NCBI GenBank assembly: GCA_963422375.2
Contig: OY729428.2
Span: 3,264,001-3,328,000, forward strand
Direction: 5' to 3'
Length of the DNA stretch: 64,000 nt
Origin: Bryobacterales bacterium
GTDB lineage: Bacteria; Acidobacteriota; Terriglobia; Bryobacterales; UBA6623
The position numbers and the translations under genes are program-made. Positions 23,348-33,149 of this stretch are shown piece by piece (within the stretch, counting starts at the first letter, position 1; the number at the start of each line of letters is the position of its first letter). The notes below the pieces were generated by a model, which was not told where the DNA came from, did not search any database, and worked only from the letters and a program-made list of their open reading frames with translations.

Positions 23348-24928
23348 CTAGCGGAACACGATCAGGTTCTCGACCACCACGTCGTTGCCTTGCGACCCCT
23401 CGGCCGGCTCGCCGGACACCACTAGCCGGACGGTATGCCGGCCGTCCTCGAGGCCGAAGGCGTGCCACACGGAGTCGCCGTACTTGCGGCTGTCCTCGTC
23501 CGGGTAGACGTCGACCGACTTGTGCAACTCGCCGTCCAGGTAGACCTCGGCCCTGCCGCCGGTCGGCAGGTACGGCCCGGAGATGATCGCGCCGGTGCCC
23601 TCGAATGTGATCGTGGCCTGGGCGCCCTTGCGGGTCGCGAGCTTGCCCCTCCATTCGGTGCCGCGGCGGTCGGTGATGAGCTGATCTTTCCATGCCCCCC
23701 TGAAGCGCCAGCGGCGGTCCGCGGCCGGAACGCGCTCCATCGGCGAGCCGTAGTCGTCCCAAAGCTCCAGCTCGGCCGGCACCGCCTCCTGCTTGCGCAC
23801 GACGAGGGCGCCTCCCTCCACGCGCCCGCCATGGCGCTCGGCCAAGGCGATCGCCCGCTTCTGGGTGCTCTCGACTATGCCGGGGAAGGTGAAGTCGGTG
23901 AAGCTGAACTTCTTCTCGGAAATGGCCGGGATACCGCTCGTTAACCGCTCCGGCATCGCCGCGTAGCCCGTCATCACGCCGAGGATGCCGCAGGCGTTCG
24001 ACGGATTGCAGTCGGAGTCCTGGCCCGCCTGGGTGGAGATCCGCAGCGTGCGCTCGAAGTCCCGCTGGCCGTACAGCAGGCCGAGCGCGATATAGGCGCC
24101 GTTCAGCTTGGCGTCGATGTTGAAGGCGCGCAGCGCGCCGTTCGGGCAGGGCTCGCGCTTGTCCCACTTGTCGGCGATCAGCTGCCACGTCGCCAGCCAG
24201 TCGTCGGGGTGCTCCGCGGACCACTCCAGCACGTCGGCGATCAGCTGGGCGTAGGGGCTCTGCGGGGGCATGCAAGCCAGGCCGGCCTCGACGACCTTGC
24301 GCGGATCGTCCTCGAAGAAGGCCTCCGCGTACATGCACGACACGAACATGCCGCCGTAGATGCCGTCGCCGTGGTTCATGACGCGGCCGGCGCGCCAGGA
24401 GAGGTCGTTGACCGCCACCGGCATGCCCGGCGCCATCAGCCCGATGAAGTCGGCCTCGATCTGGAAGTCGATGTCGTTGGCGTGGGCGTTGTACGCGGGC
24501 GTCCCCGACAATTCCGCCGGCACGCCGCGCTTCAGCGCGCGCCGCGCCCCGAGGTTGGCATGCCACAGGCGGTAGCCGGCGTCGCGCAGCAGGTCGCCGA
24601 AATCCTGCGTGGTGGCGTCGAGGCCCTTCTCGTCGAGCACCGTGGCGAACGTCATCTCGACGTAGAGGTCGTCCTGGTCCAAGGCGGCCTCCACCATGTC
24701 GGGCGTCCACTCGGGCATCTCCTCCTCGGGCACGATGCGCTGGTTGTAGACGAACTCGGTCGGGTACCCGTAGGCCACGCCGACCATCTGGCCGGCCCAG
24801 CCTCCCGCGATGCGGTCGCGGAGGTCGTCCAGTCCGATCGCGGCCTCGCCCGGGCCCAGCGACGGGCCGCACGCGGCCAATGCAACGACGGCCAGCAGGC
24901 TCGCGCCCGCCGCGGAAACGGTTCTCAT
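23348..24928 (-). CDS. ADP-ribosylglycohydrolase family lipoprotein with C-terminal beta-sandwich
   Basis: ATG 24928, lipobox LAAC, GGWAGQMVGVAYG.PTEF, DQDDLYVEMT, HANDIDFQIEAD and GQDSDCNP. Confidence 0.85.
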   Translation of the reverse strand: MRTVSAAGASLLAVVALAACGPSLGPGEAAIGLDDLRDRIAGGWAGQMVGVAYGYPTEFVYNQRIVPEEEMPEWTPDMVEAALDQDDLYVEMTFATVLDEKGLDATTQDFGDLLRDAGYRLWHANLGARRALKRGVPAELSGTPAYNAHANDIDFQIEADFIGLMAPGMPVAVNDLSWRAGRVMNHGDGIYGGMFVSCMYAEAFFEDDPRKVVEAGLACMPPQSPYAQLIADVLEWSAEHPDDWLATWQLIADKWDKREPCPNGALRAFNIDAKLNGAYIALGLLYGQRDFERTLRISTQAGQDSDCNPSNACGILGVMTGYAAMPERLTSGIPAISEKKFSFTDFTFPGIVESTQKRAIALAERHGGRVEGGALVVRKQEAVPAELELWDDYGSPMERVPAADRRWRFRGAWKDQLITDRRGTEWRGKLATRKGAQATITFEGTGAIISGPYLPTGGRAEVYLDGELHKSVDVYPDEDSRKYGDSVWHAFGLEDGRHTVRLVVSGEPAEGSQGNDVVVENLIVFR

Positions 24929-24966
24929 GTCATTGGTCCTCTCTTTGGAAGCACGGTTGCCGATGC

Positions 24967-25962
24967 TCACAGTGTGGCGACGCCGATCAGCGTCAGGCCG
25001 CAGGCGTAGCCGAGGAACATCAGCACGATGAAGGGGGTCGCGCTCTTGGGCGCGCTCTTGAACTCGCGCCAGATGACGACGCCCCATATCGCCGCCACCA
25101 GAGTGGCGCCCTGGCCCAGCGCGTAGGAAATCGCCGGCCCGGCCACGCCCGAGGCGATGACGTTCAGGCCCAGGGCGACCATCCAGATCAGTCCGCCCAG
25201 CACGCCCAGGGAATGCAGCTTGGGGCCGCCGCCGAAGTAGCGCCCGTAGGTCTTCCGGCTGGCCTTCATGAACACCGTGTTGACCACTAAATTGCTGGCC
25301 AGCAGCCCGACGCCGAAGTACAGCAGCGCCGTGTAGGGCGTCAGGTAGCCGGCTTGGATCGGCACCGAGCCGAAGTCCGGCGAGACCGACTGCACCAGCA
25401 GCGGATAGAAGGCGCCCATCGTGCAGCCAGCGATCACGGCGAACAGCATGCCGCGCCCGAGGCGCCGCCCCTCCGCAGGCGGCAGCTTGCTGTAGGCCAG
25501 CGCCGACATGACCATGGCCACGACGATCAGCGCCACGCCCGCGAACAGCAGCGCCGGATCGCCCTTGGGCGTCTGGACGTAGCTGCGCACCGTGCCGATC
25601 ACCAGCGCCAGGCCGACGCCGACCGGGAAGGCCAGCGACATGCCCGCGGCGTCGATGGCGACGACCAGCAGGATGTTGGCCACGTTGAACAGAGCTCCGC
25701 TGAGCATGGCGTCGGCGATCGGCCCTCCGGCCGCCTGGCCGAGGTTCTCGGCCGTGCCCATGCCCGCCGCGCCGAAGCTGCCCAGCGTGAAGGCGAAGAC
25801 GAGGCCGGTCAGGAACACGCCGATCGCGTAGTCCCAGTAGTACAGCTCGAAGGGCCAGTCCTCGCGGCCGGCCAGCTTCTGCGTGTTGGCCCACGAACCC
25901 CAGCCCAGCATGGTGAGCATGCACAGCGCGATCGCCAGTCCCAGGCTCTCGACAACGAACAT
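24967..25962 (-). CDS. DMT-superfamily (GRP/ureide-permease-like) sugar or nucleoside transporter
   Basis: RBS GGGAGG, ATG 25962; WGSWANTQKL, FELYYWDY and ALGQGATLVAAIWG motifs; about 10 TM helices. Confidence 0.82.
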   Translation of the reverse strand: MFVVESLGLAIALCMLTMLGWGSWANTQKLAGREDWPFELYYWDYAIGVFLTGLVFAFTLGSFGAAGMGTAENLGQAAGGPIADAMLSGALFNVANILLVVAIDAAGMSLAFPVGVGLALVIGTVRSYVQTPKGDPALLFAGVALIVVAMVMSALAYSKLPPAEGRRLGRGMLFAVIAGCTMGAFYPLLVQSVSPDFGSVPIQAGYLTPYTALLYFGVGLLASNLVVNTVFMKASRKTYGRYFGGGPKLHSLGVLGGLIWMVALGLNVIASGVAGPAISYALGQGATLVAAIWGVVIWREFKSAPKSATPFIVLMFLGYACGLTLIGVATL

Positions 25963-25972
25963 CGTGACCTCC

Positions 25973-26911
25973 CTATGTCTTCGCCTCCGCGAGGAAGCTC
26001 TCCACTTCGCGGCGCGTCGGCACCGAGCTCTGCGCGCCGGGTCGGGTGACCGACAGCGCCGCCGCTGCGTTGGCGAACCGCGCCGCCTCCCGCGCCGGGC
26101 GCCCGTCGGCCAAGGCCGTGGCGAAAGCACCGTTGAACGTGTCTCCGGCGGCGGTGGTGTCCACCGCGTCGACCTTGAATCCCGCCACGCGCATCGTATC
26201 CCTGGCGGTGGCGATCAGGCAGCCGCGCGCGCCCAGCTTGAGCACCGCTGCCTTGGGTCCCAGCGCCAGGATGCGCCGGGCCGCCCGCTCGACCGCGCCG
26301 TCGTCGTCCAGCGTCCCGTCCGGCTCGCCCAGCAGCGTCAGCGTCTCGGTCTCGTTCGGCGTCAGGTAGTCCACGTGCCGCAGCAGCTCCGCGGGCAGCG
26401 GGCGGGCCGGCGCGGGATCGAGGACGGTCGTCGCCCCGCGCGCCTTGGCGGCTGCCAGGGCCGCCTGTACCGTATCGAGCGGGATCTCCAGCTGCGACAG
26501 CAAGTAGTCATCCGGGCGCAGCGCGCCCAGCCTGTCCGCAGCGACCGCGGGGCTGACTGTCGCGTTCGCGCCCGGCGCGATGACGATCACGTTCTCCCCG
26601 TCCGGCAGCACGAAGATCACCGCCGTGCCGGTCGAGCAGTCCGAAGTGCCGATCGCGTCGGTCCGCACGTCCGCGGAGCGCAGGCTGTCCAGCAGCAGCG
26701 CCGCGAGGCCGTCGCCGCCGACCTGGCCGATCATGCTGGCGCGGGCGCCCATGCGGCCGGCCGCGAACGCCTGGTTGGCGCCCTTGCCGCCGCTGAATGT
26801 CTGCAGGTCGCCGCCGAAGATCGTCTCGCCCGGCTTGGGCAGGCGGGCGACCTGCTGCACGAGATCGGCGTTGAGGCTGCCGATGACGACGATTGCCGGA
26901 CTCTCGCTCAT
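25973..26911 (-). CDS. rbsK: Ribokinase
   Basis: PfkB motifs GSLNADL, GGKGANQA, PNETE and DTTAAGDTFNG. Confidence 0.92.
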   Translation of the reverse strand: MSESPAIVVIGSLNADLVQQVARLPKPGETIFGGDLQTFSGGKGANQAFAAGRMGARASMIGQVGGDGLAALLLDSLRSADVRTDAIGTSDCSTGTAVIFVLPDGENVIVIAPGANATVSPAVAADRLGALRPDDYLLSQLEIPLDTVQAALAAAKARGATTVLDPAPARPLPAELLRHVDYLTPNETETLTLLGEPDGTLDDDGAVERAARRILALGPKAAVLKLGARGCLIATARDTMRVAGFKVDAVDTTAAGDTFNGAFATALADGRPAREAARFANAAAALSVTRPGAQSSVPTRREVESFLAEAKT

Positions 26912-26966
26912 GGCGCGGGAAGCCTCTCCGCGGTCGCGCCGCGGCGCGCGAATGGCGCGGTCGCGC

Positions 26967-28541
26967 TCATCGGAACACCACCAGATGAGTGAGGGCGATG
27001 TCGCTGCCGCCGGAGCCGGGGTACGTCTCGCCGCGCACCACGACGCGCAGGGAGTGCTTGCCGTCTTCGAGGTCGTAGTCGTGCCAGACGGACTCCCCGC
27101 CCTTCTGCAGGTCCTCGTCCGGATAGACGTCGACGGTGCGGCTCAGCTCGCCGTCCAGATAGACGTCGGCCTTGCCTCCGGTGGGCAGGTAGAAGCCCGT
27201 GACCATCGCTCCGCGGCCCTCGAAGTCGATGGAGGCCTCGGCTCCCTTGCTGTCGCTGGTCCGGACAGTGTTCGGGTGCCCCCAGCGAGGAGTCGTCTTC
27301 TCTGTCCAGTCGCCCTTGAACGTCCATCGCTCGTCGGTCACCGGGATGCGCTCCGCCGGCGCTCCGTAGTCGTCCCAGATGTCCAGTTCCGCGGGAACCG
27401 GATCCTGGGTGCGCACGGTCAGCCAGTCGCCGTCGACGCTTCCGCCGTGCCGCTCCGCCATGGCAACGGCGCGCTTCACGGTGCTGTCGACGATGGTGCG
27501 GAAGGAATAGTCGGTGTAGCTGAACTTCTCGTCGGCGACCCTGTCGAGACCGCGCTTGTACTCGTCCGGGATGCCCTCGAGGCCCATGGCCACGCCGAGG
27601 ACGCCGAGGGCGCTGGCGGGGTTGCAGTCCGAGTCCTGGCCGCAGCGCGTGGAGATGGTCATGGTCTTGCCGAAATCCCCTTCGCCGTACAGCATGCCCA
27701 GCGCGATATAGGCGCCATTGAGCTTGGCGTCGATGTTGAACGGGTTGGCCGCGCCCTCGGGGCACGGCTCGCGCGCGTTCCACTTGTCCTCGACGGCGTT
27801 CCAGACGCCGATCCAGTCTTCGGGCTGCTCCTCGGACCACGCCAGCACGTCGGATACGAGCTTGGCGTAGGGGCTCTCCGGCGGGAGGCAGGCCAGCCCC
27901 GCTTCGACCAGCGCGCGCGGATCGTCCTCGAAGAACGCCGCCGCGTACATGCAGCTGACGAACATGCCGCCGTAGATGCCGTCGCCGTGGTTCATGACCC
28001 GGCCCGCCCGGTAGCAGAGGTCGTTGGAGGCCTGCGGCAGCCCAGGCGTCATCAGGCCCACGAAGTCGGCCTCGATCTGGAAGTCGATGTCGTTCGCGTG
28101 GGCGTTGTACTTCGGCGTGCCGCTCAGCGTGGCGGGCACGCCGCGCCGCAGCGCCCGCCGTGCCGCCAGGTTGGCGTGCCACAGACGGTACTCGGCGTCC
28201 TTGAACATCGCGCCGAAGTCCTCCGTCGTCGCGTCCAGGCCCTTGTCGTCCAGCACCTGCGCGAAGGTCATGTCCACGTAGAGATCGTCCTGCTTGATCG
28301 CTCCCGCGATCATGTCCGGCTCCCATTGCGGCAGCTCGTCCTCGGGGATGATCCTCTCGCGGTGCCGGAACTCGGTGGGCGCGCCGTAGCTGACGCCGAT
28401 CATCTGGCCGGCCCAGCCGCCGGCGATCTTGTCCTCCAGCTCGGACAAGGAGATGCGCCGCTCCCCGGAATCGGTGCCGCCCGCGCAGCCGGCGAGAGCG
28501 ACGGCTGTGATCGTGACGAGGTTCAAGCGCGCGCTTCTCAT
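26967..28541 (-). CDS. ADP-ribosylglycohydrolase family lipoprotein (paralogue of 23348-24928)
   Basis: Lipobox LAGC; QDDLYVDMT, HANDIDFQIEAD and GQDSDCNP; colinear with the paralogue over its full length. Confidence 0.85.
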   Translation of the reverse strand: MRSARLNLVTITAVALAGCAGGTDSGERRISLSELEDKIAGGWAGQMIGVSYGAPTEFRHRERIIPEDELPQWEPDMIAGAIKQDDLYVDMTFAQVLDDKGLDATTEDFGAMFKDAEYRLWHANLAARRALRRGVPATLSGTPKYNAHANDIDFQIEADFVGLMTPGLPQASNDLCYRAGRVMNHGDGIYGGMFVSCMYAAAFFEDDPRALVEAGLACLPPESPYAKLVSDVLAWSEEQPEDWIGVWNAVEDKWNAREPCPEGAANPFNIDAKLNGAYIALGMLYGEGDFGKTMTISTRCGQDSDCNPASALGVLGVAMGLEGIPDEYKRGLDRVADEKFSYTDYSFRTIVDSTVKRAVAMAERHGGSVDGDWLTVRTQDPVPAELDIWDDYGAPAERIPVTDERWTFKGDWTEKTTPRWGHPNTVRTSDSKGAEASIDFEGRGAMVTGFYLPTGGKADVYLDGELSRTVDVYPDEDLQKGGESVWHDYDLEDGKHSLRVVVRGETYPGSGGSDIALTHLVVFR

Positions 28542-28807
28542 GAACTGGCCCTCCGGGGAGCATCAATCATACCCGATGCGCCGTGTCGCGCGTCACTTAG
28601 GTTCCCTCTCTTGAACTGGGCTCAGAGGCAAGCGAATCTGGCGGTGCTCAGCCAAGAGGCACAACGGTCGTTGGGATGACTCGCCGACCGCAGTCGACCA
28701 GTGCAGAAAGGCTCCTGACGAACTGCGGCCGAGCCCTTCCGCGTCGGCAAATCGCAATGGGGAGCCGGTGCCGACCCTCGCTGCATACTGAGAGGCGCAA
28801 AAGTCTT

Positions 28808-29840
28808 CCTGATTACCAACGAACGTCAGCCGAGGATATGCTATACTGAAGGAGGGCGGAAATCTCTGATAGGAAAGGGGATAGCAGCTGAAACGCAATC
28901 GCGTGCAATTCCAGAAGGGACTCAGCCAGGGCAAGTTCCTGCAGCGCTACGGCAGCGAGGGGCCATGCGAGCACGCCGTCTTCAACGCCCGCCGGCCGGA
29001 CGGCTTCCGCTGCCCGGAGTGCGGCTCCCGGCGGCACTGCCGCATCCGCTCCCGCAAGCTCCGGCAGTGCCATGCCTGCCACCGCCGGACCTCCCTCGTC
29101 GCCGGCACGATCTTCGCCGCCACCCAGCTGCCGCTGACCGTCCGGTTCCTGGCGCTCCACCTGCTGACGCAGGGCCGGCACGGCGTTTCGTCGCTGGAAC
29201 TGGCGCGGCAGCCGGGCGTCAGCCGGAATACCGCCTGGAAGGTGAAGCACAAGCTCCTGCAAGTGATGAAGGAGCGCGACGAGCGCGTGCCCCTGCGCGG
29301 CATCGTGCAGGTGGACGACGCTTACCGGGGCGGGGAGCGGACCGGCGGCAAGCGCGGTCGCGGCGCGGCGGGCAAGACGCCGTTCGTGGCCGCCGCGCAG
29401 GTCAGCGCCGCCGGCCAGCCGGCAAGGATGCGCCTGAGCAGCGTGGCGGGCTTCCGCCAGAAGGCGCTGGCAGCGTGGGCCGGGCGGCACTTGCAGCCCG
29501 GCACGGAGGTGCATTCCGACGGCCCGGCCTGCTTGCAGGGCGTGGCCGGCGCCGGCTGCGAGCACGTGCCGACCGTCACCGCAGGCGGGCAGCGGAGCTG
29601 CGCGGATTCCCGCTTCGTCCGGGTCAGCACGATGCTGGGGAACGTCAAGCAGTCCCTGGCGGGAACCTGCCATTCGTTCGACGGCAAGCACCTGCCGCGC
29701 TACCTCGCCGAGTTCCGCTACCGCTTCAACCGCCGCTACGATCTCGAGGCGCTGGTCCCCCGCCTGCTCCACGCCTCCGTGCGCACCCCGCCCATGCCTT
29801 ACCGCCTCCTAGCCTTGGCTGGGTCTTGTGGGTAATCAGG
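28808..29840 (+). mobile_element. IS1595-family element copy B (1033 bp); transposase 28903-29835
   Basis: Same IRs and length as copy A, in inverted orientation. Flanks AAAGTCTT and TCATGGAA show no target duplication. Confidence 0.92.
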
Positions 29841-29904
29841 TCATGGAATGAATCGCCCGCCGTCGACGGTGGTCAAGGCGGCACGTGGCGTGCATGCCGT
29901 CCAT

Positions 29905-30933
29905 CTAGCGATCGTCCGCCAGTTCCGCTCGCCGGATCTCCTCGGCGATGGCGAGCTGCCGCTTGGCGCGGTCGGGACGGCCTGCCTTGTAGTGGATGCG
30001 ACTCTGCAGGAAGTGCGCCTCGTAGCTCCGCGGCTCGATCTCGAGAGCGCGCTGCACGGAGGCCTCGGCGAGTTCCAGTCCGCCTTGGCCAAGATGGATC
30101 TTGGCCAGCAGGAGCAGGGATCGCGCCAGCCGCTTGTCGAGCCAGACGGCGCGCTTGAGCGCCTCGACCGCCGCTGCGGGCTGCCCGAGGGCGGCCAGGG
30201 TCTCGCCCAGCGCGTGCCACGCGAGGGCGTGCCCCGGGTTGCGCGACAGCTCGCTGCGCAGCAGCGCGGCGGAGCGGCCGTAGTCGCCGCCGCGGAAGGC
30301 CAGCACGCCCAGTTCGTAGGCCGCGCCGTGCAGGTCGGGCCGCCGCTCGACGGCGGCCCGCAGCAGCGCCTCGGCATCCGCAGGGCGATTCTCCCGCAGC
30401 GCGAGCCCGGCGGCGAGCGCGAACGCCTCCGCAGCTGCCGGATCGACGCCGAAGATCTTCGCGAAGGCGATCCTCGCCCGGTCGCGCTGGCCCAGCTGCA
30501 GGCGCGTCATGGCCAGCGAGTACAGCAGGTCGGAGTCGTCCGGCCGCCACGCCGCCGCCTGCTCCAGCAGCGGAGCGGCCTCTCGGAACTGCCCGGCGAA
30601 GTAGCGGGCGGGGCCCAGGATCTCCACCGTCTGCCGCCACGCGGCGGATTCCGCCCGCTCGAGCGCGAGACAGGCCGACAGGTGGTCGGCCGCGGCGGCG
30701 AAGTCCCGCAGGCGGTAGAGCGCCAGGCCGAGGAAGTGCCTTGCCTCGGGCCGCCCCGGCAGCCTCTCGGCCCAAGGCTCGAGCCGCTGGACGACGCCCC
30801 CGTAGTCGCCGCGCGCCAGCAGGGCGTCGGCGGCCCGCACGGCGTCGGCGTATCCCGCCAGGTCGGCGGTCTGGGCGCAGACCGTCCCGGCGGCGCAGGC
30901 CGCGACGAGCGCGAGCCGGAGGGCGGCGCTCAC
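29905..30933 (-). CDS. Secreted tetratricopeptide repeat protein
   Basis: GTG at 30933 overlaps the upstream stop (GTGA). Signal peptide followed by TPR repeats (ARHFLGLALY, AAYELGVLAF, AWHALGETL). Confidence 0.82.
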   Translation of the reverse strand: MSAALRLALVAACAAGTVCAQTADLAGYADAVRAADALLARGDYGGVVQRLEPWAERLPGRPEARHFLGLALYRLRDFAAAADHLSACLALERAESAAWRQTVEILGPARYFAGQFREAAPLLEQAAAWRPDDSDLLYSLAMTRLQLGQRDRARIAFAKIFGVDPAAAEAFALAAGLALRENRPADAEALLRAAVERRPDLHGAAYELGVLAFRGGDYGRSAALLRSELSRNPGHALAWHALGETLAALGQPAAAVEALKRAVWLDKRLARSLLLLAKIHLGQGGLELAEASVQRALEIEPRSYEAHFLQSRIHYKAGRPDRAKRQLAIAEEIRRAELADDR

Positions 30934-32750
30934 GGGGCGGGCGTTCCCCGGCCCTGCTCGAGGACCACCACGCGGTCCACCCCGGCGGGCGCGAACCACT
31001 CGGCCTCGCCGTTCGGCCACTTGACTTCGAGTCGCTCGACGAGCTCGGTGGCGCCCAGGCCGAAATGCACCCGCAGGTCGCCTTGGGACAGGTAGCTGCG
31101 GCCCGACGCCACTTCGCCCCGCTGCCTGAGCCCGTCGGCGACGCAGAACACCTTCGCTCCGATCGCGTCGGCGGGCGTGCGGCGATCCGGCCGGCCGACG
31201 AGCCTGGCCGCGATCCAGTGCGCTCCGTCCGGCGCGTGCCGGTTGCGCAGCACGGTGGGCGGGCCGTCGAGGTTGTTCAGGACGATGTCGGGGGTGCCGT
31301 CGTTGAACAAGTCCCCCACCGCGGCTCCCCGGGAGCTCTTCGGAGCGGCGAGGGCGGCGCCCGCGCTGCCGGACACGTCGGCGAATCTCCCGTTGCGCAG
31401 GTTGCGGAACAGCAGCGTGCGCTGCCGGTAGGAGGTGCCCCACGCCGCGCCGTCCGCCTGGGGGAAGATATGGCCGTTGGCCGCCAGCAAGTCCAGCCAG
31501 CCGTCGTTGTCGTAGTCGAGGAAGGCCGCGCCCCAGCCGAGGAACGGCAGGGTCGCCGCGAGCAGGCCGGACTGCAGCGTGACGTCGCTGAAGTCCAGCC
31601 CGCCCTCGTTGCGGTGCAGGGTGTAGTTGTCGCCGGCGAAGGTGGTGAAGAAGAAGTCGCTGCGGCCGTTGCCGTTGAAATCGCCCACGGCGACGCCCAT
31701 GTAGGCTTGGTCGCGACCGTCGCCGTTGGTGCCCAGTCCGCTGAGCACGCCGATCTCGGCGAACGTGCCGTCGCCCCTGTTGTGGAACAGGAAGTTCGGC
31801 ATCGAGTCGTTGGCCACTATCAAGTCCGGTCGGCCGTCGTCGTCGGCATCGACCCACGCTACGCCCAGCCCGTAGCTGGCCTCCGCCTCGTGCAGGCGCG
31901 CCTGCCGGGACACATCGCGGAAGCGCCCGCCCCCCTCGTTGCGGAAGAGCCGGTCCGCCGCCGGCGCCAGGCCCTTCGGGCCGCAGGCCACCGGGATACC
32001 GTGGTAGACGCAGGCCGGCAGGCCGGGATCGTAGGCCGCGCCCTTCGCCGGCTCCGCCTGTTCGAGGCTGCCGAGGGAACCCCTGCCCGGGACCCGCCCG
32101 GCGGCCGCGCCGCCCGGCGGCGGAGGATTGTCCCAGTCGAAGTCGACGTAGGCCGCCACGTAGAGGTCCAGCAGTCCGTCGCCGTCGTAGTCCCCGAAGG
32201 CGCAGCCAGTGGCCCAGGTGTCGGCCTGCACGCCCGCAGAGGCGGCACTGTCGGCGAAGATGCCGTCGCCGCGGTTCACATAGAGGCGGCTCTGTCCGAA
32301 GTTGGTGACATACAGGTCCGTCCAACCGTCGTTGTTCACGTCGCCGGCGCAGGCGCCGACTCCCCAGCGGTGGTTGGCGACGCCGGCCCGAGCGGTCTCG
32401 TCCGTGAAGCTGCCGTCCCCGCTGTTGCGGAACAGCGCGGCGGCATTCGGCGGCGCGGCACCCCGCCGGGCATCCTCGGACAGGGAATTGACCAGGTACA
32501 CGTCCAGCCAGCCGTCATTGTCGTAGTCCAGCAACGCCACGCCCGAGCCGAGGGTCTCCGGCAGGTACGGCTTCAGGTCGGATCCGGCGCGGTGCCGGAA
32601 CGAGTCCAGGCCGGCGGACGCGGTGACGTCGGCAAACGTCACGCCCGCCGCGGCATGCGGGGACGGCGGCGGGGCGACGACGGTCGGATCGCGCTGGGAG
32701 CCTTGCGCCGCAGCCAGCAGCCCGAGCGCGAGCAGGGCGCGGCCACGCAT
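30930..32750 (-). CDS. CRTAC1 family protein (FG-GAP repeats + ASPIC/UnbV)
   Basis: Repeated D(Y/V/F)(D/N)xDGxxD motifs, RGAAVGDLFNDG and SYLSQGDLRVHFGLG. The start may instead be 32834 or 32873. Confidence 0.9.
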   Translation of the reverse strand: MRGRALLALGLLAAAQGSQRDPTVVAPPPSPHAAAGVTFADVTASAGLDSFRHRAGSDLKPYLPETLGSGVALLDYDNDGWLDVYLVNSLSEDARRGAAPPNAAALFRNSGDGSFTDETARAGVANHRWGVGACAGDVNNDGWTDLYVTNFGQSRLYVNRGDGIFADSAASAGVQADTWATGCAFGDYDGDGLLDLYVAAYVDFDWDNPPPPGGAAAGRVPGRGSLGSLEQAEPAKGAAYDPGLPACVYHGIPVACGPKGLAPAADRLFRNEGGGRFRDVSRQARLHEAEASYGLGVAWVDADDDGRPDLIVANDSMPNFLFHNRGDGTFAEIGVLSGLGTNGDGRDQAYMGVAVGDFNGNGRSDFFFTTFAGDNYTLHRNEGGLDFSDVTLQSGLLAATLPFLGWGAAFLDYDNDGWLDLLAANGHIFPQADGAAWGTSYRQRTLLFRNLRNGRFADVSGSAGAALAAPKSSRGAAVGDLFNDGTPDIVLNNLDGPPTVLRNRHAPDGAHWIAARLVGRPDRRTPADAIGAKVFCVADGLRQRGEVASGRSYLSQGDLRVHFGLGATELVERLEVKWPNGEAEWFAPAGVDRVVVLEQGRGTPAP

Positions 32751-33149
32751 GCGCGGCGCCCGGAGTATGCCCGCGGGTGCCTTGCAAGCGTCGGCGTCGC
32801 GTCGGCCGCTTCGGAGCTGATTCCTCCTAGGCATCGATCCGGCCCGAGCCGTGGGCGTCAGGCGCGCCGTCACTGCCGACCAGCTGCGGATGCACCGAGG
32901 CGGGTGCGCGTCCGTGGAGCCGGTCCATCAGCGTACGGACTTCCGCCCGGCAGAATCCACCTTCCAAAAGCGCAACGGTGCCTCGCCTGGGCTCGTGCGC
33001 TGAATCCGGCCTCGTTCGCGACATCGTATCACGGGCCAACCGCCCGCCAAGCGCGTATCGAGGCGAGACGAGACAGTCGAGCTTCGCCACGCTCCAGCGA
33101 GCAAGCGAGCAAGTGGCGAGCGCGACAGGGGGTCGGTCCCGGCGTCCGC

